Assembly: GCF_000143415.4 (NCBI RefSeq)
Contig: NW_003314290.1
Coordinates: 1,726,454 to 1,790,453 of the forward strand
DNA length: 64,000 nucleotides
Origin: Selaginella moellendorffii
Taxonomy: Eukaryota; Plantae; Lycopodiophyta
Reading direction: 5' to 3'
Both the position numbers and the translations under genes were made by a program. Numbering within the stretch: the first letter of the stretch is position 1; every line of letters starts with the position of its first letter. Below, in pieces: positions 53,799 to 64,000 of the stretch. A model generated the notes under the pieces. The model saw only the letters and a list, made by a program, of their open reading frames with translations, did no database searches and was not told the DNA's origin.

Positions 53799-56454
53799 AT
53801 GGCAGCTATGGAAGTATCCTCGGCCTCGCCTCCTGGTTTCATGGCTGCTAGTTCTCACTCCCAGCATGGATCCCCGTCTAGCGGCCCCAGTAACAAGAGG
53901 AAACGACGTCCTGCTGGAACTCCTGGTAAGTTTGCTTCTTCTTTCTTGGATGGCATCTTCTTCTTCATGATTTTCTTTCTTCTTCTTCACGGTTTCTTTC
54001 TCCTTCTTCATGGTTTCTTTGCTACCGGAGCAATCAAAATTTTCTTCTTGCTATACTGGATGATCCATGAATTCCCTTCAAAAACTTCCTGTCTTGTTCT
54101 TTTGCATTGGCTTCTCCGGTCAAATTCCCTTGATGCTGCACCGCGTTGTTGTGAGCTGTATGGCTTGTTTTCGCGCTGATTCGAAAGAAGTTCTTATCGT
54201 TTTTTCCTTTTCCTCGTTTTGTTTTGTTCTTCTGTTTCCAGATCCCGATGCCGAGGTCGTCTCCTTGTCACCCAAGACGCTCATGGAATCCGACCGCTAC
54301 GTATGCGAGATCTGCAACCAAGGCTTCCAGCGCGACCAGAACCTGCAAATGCACCGCCGGCGCCACAAAGTTCCATGGAAACTCCTCAAGCGCGCCACTC
54401 CGGAGGTGCGCAAGCGCGTCTACGTCTGCCCGGAACCGTCGTGCCTCCACCACGATCCCTGCCATGCGCTGGGCGACCTGGTCGGCATCAAGAAACACTT
54501 TCGCCGCAAGCACAGCACTGAGAAGCAGTGGAAGTGCGACAAGTGCTCCAAAGGCTACGCCGTCCAGTCCGACTACAAAGCCCACCTCAAGACGTGCGGG
54601 ACGAGAGGCCACTGCTGCGCTTGTGGGCGTGTTTTCTCGAGGTAAAGATCACATCCAGATCATGCGCAAGCTTTCTTCTTTCTCTCTCTTGATCGAGTCC
54701 TCTGAGAGTTTTTTGAAATTGATGCTCGATGATCTGTGGCTGACGAGCTTAATTTTTGATCTTGCAGGGTCGAGAGCTTCATAGAGCATCAGGACACTTG
54801 CACGGTGGCCAAAGAAAAAGCGTCGCTGGGTGACAGCGATGTGAGCGCGAGTCCGTCAAGCAATTTGCATTTCCTGCTCCTGGGCGGCCAGAGCACCGGT
54901 AGCAGCGGTGTTACCACCGCCACCACTCGCGGCGGTGGCCACTATCCTCCTCCCACCTTCACGCCCAGCTCGCCAGATCTTCACCATCCAGGCAGCGCTA
55001 GCGTGATGAGCACCAGATCTCTCTTCGAGCCATCGAGCAGTAGCCGTAGTCCGCCTCCGCCTCCCAGCCACCGCTGTCCAGAACAACGCCACGAGCTCCA
55101 GCTCATGCCAACGAACAGCGATCCTGGACGAGTTTTTACGCTGCCGACCAGCTATAATACCATGCTCGCCAACAAGAGCGCGAGTTTGCAGCCCATTTCA
55201 AACGTCTACCGGTTCGTCTCAAGACCCTCGTCCGTGCTCGATGACTGTCTCAAGAACAGCACGATGATGGTCCCGGGAAGGAAGTGCCATGATGGTGATC
55301 GAGCATCACCAGGAGAGGAGTCGAGGCTGCAGCTATCGATCGGGCTCTCGACGTCGAGCGACGATCCAGTCGACACCTACGAGGCCAAGCCGAGGAGCCC
55401 ATGGCGGGAGGAGAGGCTACTCCACCACCAGCAACATCATCACCCGTCCTTGGGAGCCGGGCATGGCGCCATGAATGCAGCAGCCACTGTCGGGACAGAT
55501 TTGCGATTGTCCTCCCCGCTCATGGCCGAGTTCGCAGATCGGGGGAAGCAGATTCTCTTGGAACGGCAAGCCAGGGGAGGAGGATTAATGTTTGGCGCCA
55601 ACGAGCTCAACAGGCTTGTGCAATTAGAGAGCGCCGCAATGAGAGGCAACAAGGACAACACTAGCATACACACGACGAGCAACAGCGCCGGTTTCTACTT
55701 ATACAACGGAATGCTGCTGCACAATCACCACCATGATCACCGCCACCACCTGGATGCCACCACCAGGCAGCGAGCAGCCGCTGCTGCTGCAGAGATGCAT
55801 CTTTGGCCACAACAAAGATCCATTCCGCAGGTGCCGCAGGGTGGCGGTGGCGGTGGTGGTGGTGGTGTGTGTTTTCCTGCTCCAGGGGGTGGCATGATGA
55901 TGTTGAGGGTGAATGATAGCCTGCTGCACCGTGCGGGATCGTCTATCCAGCAGCAGCAGCAGCAGCGATACCAACACGATCAGATGGAGCACGAGGAGAG
56001 GAGCAAGAGACATCTGTCGGATTTGAAACTGGAGCAGCTCAGACACGAGGCCCGGACGCAGCTGCGTCTCTCGACAAGCGATTCCAGCGCTGCTGCTTCC
56101 AGTCTCGCGTCTCGAGGTCATGGTACCGATCATTCCTCTGATCATCTCCACGGCAAGTATCAGATCGTTGGACAGGCTGTAAATGGCGATCAGGTGGGCG
56201 AGAGCAGCGATGATCATCCAGTTGCCCAGCAAAGACAAGCAGCAGTATTTGGGAAGAACATCATGGCAGCCCAGAGCCACGAAGAATCCAATTATGCCAC
56301 CAGTGTAACAATCAACAACAACAGTAACAGCAACAACAAGAACAGAGACTCTGGTTCGCAGTCGGGCACAACTTCAAACTCGGATTCAAACTCAAATTCA
56401 AATGCTTCGACTGGTCAAGTCGAGTCTCTGACTGCTGCTACTACTAGTTTATAA
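53799..56454 (+). CDS. INDETERMINATE DOMAIN C2H2 zinc-finger TF, SGR5/IDD14-16 clade (3 exons)
   Basis: KRKRRPAGTP|DPDAEVVSLSPKTLMESDRYVCEICNQGFQRDQNLQMHRRRHKVPWKLLKR..CGTRGHCCACGRVFS|RVESFIEHQDTC. Long low-complexity C-terminus with LQLSIG. Confidence 0.93.
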
Positions 56455-58817
56455 AAGAAGAGGAAAATGGAAGTTTTCAAAGCAGGTGCGTCAACTTTCT
56501 GGAGGTTCAAAGGCCCAAAATGCTGCCTGTTGTTCATAGAATACAAATTTACACATCAAAAAATTGATTGATTACATATCCTCTCCTTTTGCTGATGAAA
56601 TGTGGGGGCTCTGATATTGTTTATGATGAGCAACACGTGCAGTGGGCCTTTCTAGTGCTCGACCTTAGAACAACACATCAATATTTTACAAATATTTTCA
56701 TCTCATCCTTTCTATGCATAAAAGAAAAAGGTGGTAGAAAAAAAAAGAAAAGTTTGAAGCTCTCTTTGTCTTTTCTTGAGCTTTAGTTCTGCAATCCTTT
56801 GGAGGGAGCTCCAAGACATTGGTCTGAGTTCATCATACGAGTGAGAACTTGTTTATGAGAAAGAGCACTTTCTCTCTTTGAAGAGGTGGTTTATTTTCTT
56901 GGAGAACTTTAGTTGTGTGCTTTTAGGATGGTGGCATTTGGTGCTCTGCTTGCCCCCATCATTCCCAAAGCCATGTTTTCTCCAGTGTCCTTCCTCGCAT
57001 ATATTTGTCCTTGTTTAAAACCACAGGCATCATTGGGTTATGCCAACTTGGGGCGCGGGGAATTCACTCCATCCCCAAACTTGTGACTTGGTAAAATGCC
57101 AAGCAGGGGCAAAACATATCCTGAGGGGTAAAAACTGGAACAAGGAAGCTATGGCTGTATAGAATACGAACAACATCACAGCACCATCACTAAATGCACA
57201 GTCTCCCAAGCATAAACAATCTTGCAAATTCAGGGAAGTAAAACTTTTCCTCGAGACTGTTGAATCTTCCCAAAACTTGGAGGAGAGAACTTGTCAAATT
57301 TAGAGAGTGTTCATGTATGGCCACTAGAGACAAAGAGCCCAAGATTTATACCCAGCAGCGGAAGCCAGCATCAGCGTGACGTTGTGCAAAAGCCAAGCTC
57401 TCCACCCTTAAAAAACGATCCGGATCGATCAACTATTGCTATGGTGCTTTGGTACGATCTATGAAGCAAAGTAAAAAACTAAACTCCTTTACACGCACCA
57501 TGGAAGCTTTTAGGGGCATGTCTGTCGTCAAACGGAGCGTTTATGATATTAATCTATGGGTGATTCATCTGTTTTGTCTTGGATTGGGAACAAGGGGGCC
57601 ACCAAGTTCATATCTACAGACAAAATAATCTTCCACCCAGCGCGATGTGGCGATCAATTTTTTGGAGGTGGCAAACATTTACCTCTTTGTTTATATCCCC
57701 AGTCAAGCCAAACCACGCACGCAAAAGAATTCCAGTGTTGCCGTGTGGAAGAGTTACCGGGATCCTGCAAGCATTTTCTTCTGGATTTGTCTCCTTTTGT
57801 TGTCAAGAATCATTTCTACTCATGCTCACCTCTATTGTTTTTCCCATCTGGGAATATATCACTGATTCGCTTTGATCGAACTGGGCCATGCCATCCATCA
57901 GCCCCCAATCACTGCGAATCCAATATAAAGAGAGCTCATAATCCTGTCTTAACAAGAGAGAAAATTATTAGATCACTGGTTTCAAGGATGTTGCAAGGCA
58001 TGATTCTACTTCACAAGCCAGTGTTGCCACCCATGATGAATCCAGGACACAAGCCAAGAGAAAAAACAAAAGGACTTGATGGTTTAGTTCCACTCACCGC
58101 AGAGATTTTGGTCCCTTTTTTTAAAGTGAGACAAAGCAGCCTCCTCCGCCTAGCAACAGTGACACTGATACAAACGAAAGCGAGTGAGCATTGGCAGCGA
58201 TTGAGAATTTCTGGGCTACGTACTTGGAGGTTCCTGGGAGCACTTCAAACAGCTTAAAAAACAGGGTCGCTCCAACATGTAGCTTGTCCCTCGTTGCGTT
58301 TGGTCCCCACAGCCAAAGGGAGCCGCTCACTGCAAAAGATAGAAAACGCGAAACGAAAAACAGTTTGAAGGGACCCATCAATCTACATAGTTAGAATGGT
58401 TCTATGTCTGGAACTGAGAGGAAAATAAAAAAGAAAAGAAAAAACACGCAAAGTACCTAACACGCGTGATCACCTCGTAAGACAAGGAGCATGGAGACAA
58501 ACATATTATGCCGTATGGAGCCTTCTCCCAGCAGTCCCTGAGATGAAATAAATAAGGAGAAAAAAAGAACAAGAAAAGTTGAAATTGTTATCTTGTGAGG
58601 AAAAAGTCGCGGATTCTATCCTCCAACTGGATGAATCTCAAACTGTGGTGCATCCGGACAAAAGGATACGCCAGATTACCAAGTCTTCCAGGTAGTTTCG
58701 TTTAAGCCGGGTCTGCACAAGATTGTCCCACTTAAATTTGTATCTAGATAAAATCAAAACAGAAGACGCGTACCTGTGTGCGTATCTAAATCACTCGGGA
58801 TGGCACCCCCGACTCGC

Positions 58818-60653
58818 CTAGTTGGATTCGACTTTACCTCCTGGGAAACTGTTCACAAGCGACCAGAACCAAGCGCTTGACTTGGAACTTTCAAAGTCTG
58901 GATCGTCGACAAGCTCTGCCGCAGTTACCGCCTCGGCTTGACCCAAAAGTTTGAGGGCCGGTATGGCGTCTTGTTCGCGTCCGCATTGCACTGCGACACA
59001 GGCGAGGTTGTAGAGCACGTCACACTGCCGCGAAAAGTCTATATCATGCTCGCCTACAGTTAAGAGAAGCGACTCGCATCAGGAAAATACAGAGTGAGAC
59101 ATAAAGTAAGGAGCTCTTTATGACCCACCTGATTTCAAAAGTTCGATGCATCTCATGTGGTAGGTCGTACTCTGATCGGAGTGATCATGTGAGCCTCGAC
59201 TGTTCCCGAGAAGCCTTGACGATCTCGATGCCAGGCGATGAGCTTCGGCAATACCAAGAAGCGCATCCATGTTAGATGAATTAATTCGTAGAGCGGTTGT
59301 AAAGCTCTCGACTGCAGACAGCATGGTGCTGTATCGCTGTGGGATTAAACACAAGACGGATACAGATAAGAACTCAACGCAAAACAAGTTACCTTTTCGA
59401 AAAATGGTGGCTCCTCAGGTAGCCTCTCGAACTCAGCAATGTAGGAATCTCCCAACGCAGTGAAAAGAGCTATACGAGTTGGGCTTAGCTTTGTGGCCGC
59501 ACACAGCTTCTCACGAGCAATTCCATACAGCTCCAATGCTTCCAAGTAGTCAGGTACATGCTGGAAGTTTCATACGTGAGTAATTGCCAGGAAATGAAAA
59601 TAAATAAATAAATACCTCGGCTTTAGAAACTAAACCTGCAGCCAAGTTTTCCAAGAGCGTGGACAAATCGTCACCCTTCTTGGTATCAGCCACAGAGCAA
59701 ACATATTCATAAACTTCGAGTGCCCGGTCGAAGAGCAACTTCGCTCGATCCCACGACTCCGACGAAGAAGGTCCTTGCGATAACAGTTCTGCCTGCCTAA
59801 TGCAACAGTCAGCCATGTTCGCATGAACATCTAAATCGTCTGGTGACGCTGAAAGAGCCGCAGAATACCTATACTGCAACAGCACATTGAGTGTAAGCCA
59901 TAGAGAAAGAAATGGATATAACACACCGTTCATAAGCGTCGGAGCAGAGCTTCATTGCAACACCCAAGCCTCCACCTTGAGTCTCTGGAAGCTCAACCAA
60001 CACTTCCACTAGCTCGCATAGAACGCTCCCACTATTTGTAAGAGCTTCAGCCTTGAGCTCGCTGAGCTCTATCTTATCGAAAATCTCAAAGCTCTTCCTG
60101 AAAAAAGAATGAACAGAGATTGAGCTGCTAAGTAAAAAAACAAACAAACAAAGATAAAAAGAAAAACATACGTGAAAAGTGGAGCAGCGCGAGCAAATGC
60201 CTCCAATTTCAGTACTTCTGCTCTCGCCTTCTTGGTATCACCAGTTAGAGGAGTTGCGAGCGATGGAACAGCCGTAGCGATGGACTTGGCCCACAGAAAA
60301 CAAGTGTCCGCCTGTTACGCAAGCAACGCAGTCAAGAACAACGACTAGAAAGGAGAAAGTGCGAAAAAGAGACAGTGATCTATCCAAATAAGAACAGTAC
60401 CAGGTCAAACAGGCACTCATCGCGATCCTGTTGCAAGGCCTGCTGTCCAAGAGCTGACTCAAAAATCTCTGCGCTACGCGCCAGCAACGGCTCTCTGGCG
60501 ATGCCCGATTTCCTCTCCGCCTGTTGCTTAAGCCTGCGCGCCTCTGATCAACGCCCGGGCGATCAGAAACCACGCGAATTTCAGGAATATCTCACCAGTT
60601 AGCAGTCCTGGCTCCGCCGATCGACGCGCATTCCTCCCGCGCCCGGGCGCCAT
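58818..60653 (-). CDS. Uncharacterised TPR-like helical-repeat protein, multi-exon
   Basis: Chain of GT-AG bounded exons with TPR-like helices (ALFTALGDSY, ALLGIAEAH, LYNLACVAVQCG..DDPDFES..WF). ATG at 60653, with a telo-box-like aaaccctaa upstream. Confidence 0.7.
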
Positions 60654-60749
60654 AGCCAAACCCCTATAAACCCTAACCTTTGGAACCAAATATTTGCTTG
60701 TTGCTTGCATTGATAGTTTACTTCGTATTTACACACAATCACTGGCCTC

Positions 60750-61296
60750 TCACTTGCGAGAATTCTCGTCATTGGCACAGAGGAAGGCGCTCTCCAGTGC
60801 CTGGAAGAACCACCAAAGGAGCAATCGATCAACCAAATGGAGAGCGAGCAAGGGGGAATCGCGAACTAACCTTGGGCGCAACTGGAGGAATGAGCTTTCT
60901 CACGGGCCGGCGATGGTTCCTCCACAGCAATCCCCGCGAGATGGGCGAGACGAGCGAGTCCGTGGGGCTCAAGTACCTAAGAAGAAATCTCTCCATCTCA
61001 CTCGGAACCAGAAGAATCGATCCCTCTTACCTCTCTGGATGGGAGCCAAACATCATCCTAGGAGGAACCCTCACGACTGGCTTCGCCGCCGCCACCTTCT
61101 TGGATGCCTCCACGCTGCCAAGATCGTCGAAGCGCTTGTTCCTCTCCTGGAGCACGGACTGAGAGCAAGAAATCGCGATTTCGATCGCCGGAGCCGCTGT
61201 AAGCTGCTGATTTTGCTCCAGCGGCGCCGCTTCTTCCATTGCCATATCCATTGCCTTGACCTCGCTGGCGATGGCGCTGGCGCTGGCGATCTCCAT
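60750..61296 (-). CDS. Small hypothetical protein (probably spliced; 3' end uncertain)
   Basis: GC-rich ORF MEIASASAIASEVKAM..HPER ends at a gtaag donor, with further short exon-like segments. No recognised domain. Confidence 0.4.
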
Positions 61297-61481
61297 GCCC
61301 TAGACTCGGTGGAAGAAAGAGGATAGAGCTTGCTTTCAACGGTAAAAATTGGCGGAAATAATATGCCGAGAATATGCTACACTTAAAACAATATCCTTGA
61401 CAAAATGCTTTTCCCATTAACTGCGTTCTTGGAGATCTCGATGATCTCTTCTTCCTTTCGTTCTTTTCTCTCGCCTTCCCT

Positions 61482-64000
61482 TTAGCTGTTTGATACGCTC
61501 TTGGCTCGATGATCGATCCAGTTGCGAAATCTTTGCGCTCGGCCGCGTCTCGAAGCTATCGAGCAAGATGAAGGGATCTTTCGTCTGGCAGGGACACTGT
61601 TGGTGCGATGGAACAAATCCTCTGTGTCGAGTACGTAAGACACCTACATTCATAGACTATTTAGTTCCCGACTCGAAACTACTAAGCCTCTACAAGCCTG
61701 AGGTTGATTTACCTTCGAGGTTTTGCAGGAGATTTTGTATTCCAGGCCGTTCAGCACTCGCACGCCCTCCATGGCGGTGGTCACGTCTTGAGGGTCCTCG
61801 TTAAATGGTGAGCTTCGCTTGTTCCTAGAAGGACGAGCGTAAGCGAAAGGAAAACATCTACACGCATGGCTTACCTCTTTAGAAATACGCCTTTGGCGGC
61901 TTTCGCATCCGGAACCGTTAGTAGGAACCCGTTCAAGTAGTTTGAGAATGAAAACTCCATTGCGCTTGCCGGCACTTCGAGCTTTTCAGAAGCGCCGCTC
62001 ATCAGCTGAATCGATAGCTCTGTTGAGTTTGGGTCCTGTTACGTGAAGGAATTAGACGCGACAATGCGGACTCCAGAGTGAAAATAGCTTACAAGTTCGA
62101 AGCGGTAGATACTCTCGTCGTGGAGGAGAACGCACGTATTAGCATGGTACACGGGATCATAGAATCCACCCGGACCACGAGACTTCTCGTACGCATAAAG
62201 CGCAAGAAGCTTAGTTGCGGTTTCATCCGCCGCGACGGCTTGCAGCTGCAACATCCAGAGTAAGGATCGGATGGCATGCAATCAGCAGATTACCTGTTTT
62301 ACAAGCTTGTATATCAACTTATCCAGCGTGAATAGAACATATGATTGTGTTCCAATTATTGACCTGCACTCGTCCTCAAACTTCGCGTTGTCGGCCGTGC
62401 CATCAAGGAGATCATAAAGGACACGCACAAACCTGGAGAGTTTATCATGAATTAATGCATGACAATTAGAAGGAGAGGTTACTTACTTTGCATATAAGTT
62501 TGGAGGTGTGTTGTCCTTCAGCGACTTCCACTTTTGCTCCGCCGCAAGAGAATTTGTCTTCGCGGAGTGCATGCGCTCGTAAAAGGTCTGCGGCTCTGTG
62601 TTAGCACAAGCAAGACTATATCAGAGTCTTTACCTGATGAAGTCTGAAGAGAATGTAGAACATGTCGTTCCCATAAAAGACTGTGCTGTCTTTCTGAGCG
62701 TCCAGAGAGCCTGCATGAGATGCAAGCGGCTTGCAAAACACGGAAAACCGGTCGGGAGAAGAGATGCCGTCGGCGTCGGTGTTATCTGCATCCGCCATGC
62801 CTTCACATTCGCTCTCAACCTTTTGTTCGTGTTCTTCATCTGCGTCCTCTTCTTCATCCTCGTCATGGTCATCCCGTGAACCATCGGGATCACCAGCATC
62901 ACTGCCAGAGACTTCTTCACCTGCCTCTGAAGCGTTCTCATTTTCACTATCATCGCTAGACTTTTGTCCACTTTCTTCCCCCTCGTCACCACCATCTCCA
63001 TTGTGATCTACATCAGCGTCTGCATCACCTGAACCGTCTTTTCTCAGAACATTCTTTCCCTCGTTCCTCTCAGGTGATAGCTCCCCTTCCTCCCTCTCAC
63101 CCTTTCCATGAGCACTTGTTCTATGAGAAGATGTTGCATTCCTCGTTGTCTCCAACTCATGCTGCAAAATAATGTCAAATAAAGAAGAAAAAAACTAATT
63201 TATCCGCAGACCTCGTGCCTCGAAGAGCTTTTAGCCTCTGTAGCTGCCAAAAAAGAAAGAAAAAACAAGACAGCCTTAGGAACGGAACTTACCAACAAAA
63301 GCTAAAATTTACCATCTAAGCCGTCTTTCCTTTCAAGACTGGCTTCTCGTTGCATGGCAGCGTTGTCACCATGTCTTCCTTCCTCACCTTTACGTTTTCT
63401 TCTGGAGTCGTGCACAACTGAGTTTGCTACGGGCCGACTAGAAGCCGTTGCGCATTCTTCCTGAGCATTCTTTCCCTCGTTCGCTGGGCTCCCTGTTCCA
63501 CCACTTGCAGCACTTTCACCGGAGCTCGACTGTTCCTCTTTGGAGACACAATTCGCCCTCACCGCCTCCTCTGTATCGTCGGTGCCACGAGGTCGAGGTG
63601 GCACACCAAATAAAAGCTCCAGGGACATGGTCCATACACGCATTATTTTATCGGACTGCTCCATGGTGTTGCATACTTCGTCCGCAGAGTACTTCATGAT
63701 TTGGAACAAATCTTCGTGAATAGACGAGTCGGGATAGCCGAACTTCATATCGGGAGTAGGTAGCCTCTTGTTTCCCATTATCAAATGAAGAACAGACTCG
63801 TCTTCTTTCCTCTTCTTCTCGTGCACATCCTTGATTTCGGCAAGAAGTCCTGAAACCAACCGCAGCATGCTATGAGAAAAAACGAAAACAAGCAAAAAGA
63901 AGAATACCTTTAGAGCTCAAGCTCTTTTTGTCTTGCTGCTTGAAGTAGAAACTTCGATGATCTAGAGACTTGTGATAGTTTTTAGTATATACTTCTGCCC
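61482..64000 (-). CDS. SIN3-like co-repressor (paired amphipathic helix protein), 3' part
   Basis: [14 protein letters not shown]|[77 protein letters not shown]|[11 protein letters not shown]. Runs off the window. Confidence 0.93.

Noticed and set aside
53445-54179. 244-aa ORF upstream of the zinc fingers
   Set aside because: Read-through of the 5' UTR, exon 1 and intron 1 of the IDD gene.
57556-58257. 233-aa ORF between the IDD and TPR genes
   Set aside because: No recognisable motifs and random-looking composition; treated as a probable chance ORF.

Overview
Eukaryotic (plant) DNA. Short introns, tight gene spacing and gene content suggest a lycophyte such as Selaginella (inference). The window has two very different halves. 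(1) About 1-45.5 kb is a transposon-riddled, tandemly duplicated putative defence cluster. Its repeat unit carries a PR-17/BSP HExxH secreted protein, a head-to-head pair of intronless non-RD receptor-like kinases whose ectodomains are kiwellin (barwin-like DPBB) domains with kissper-like N-termini, a secreted Cys-rich 3D/MltA-like-domain protein, and passenger gene fragments (XPB). Each of the four gene types survives as exactly one intact copy within the window (1499-2092, 18380-19096, 41454-43388, 43653-45491). The other copies are frameshifted, deleted, inverted or interrupted by nested Copia/Gypsy/TRIM/LARD/solo-LTR insertions. (2) About 45.6-64 kb is ordinary gene-dense euchromatin: class III peroxidase, RPA3, EFR3/SRL2-like, IDD/SGR5-like zinc finger, a TPR-like gene, a small orphan and the 3' part of a SIN3-like gene. 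The most striking signal is the kiwellin-ectodomain RLK pair and its co-duplicated secreted partners. All family assignments come from motif recognition by eye; no database searches were run.
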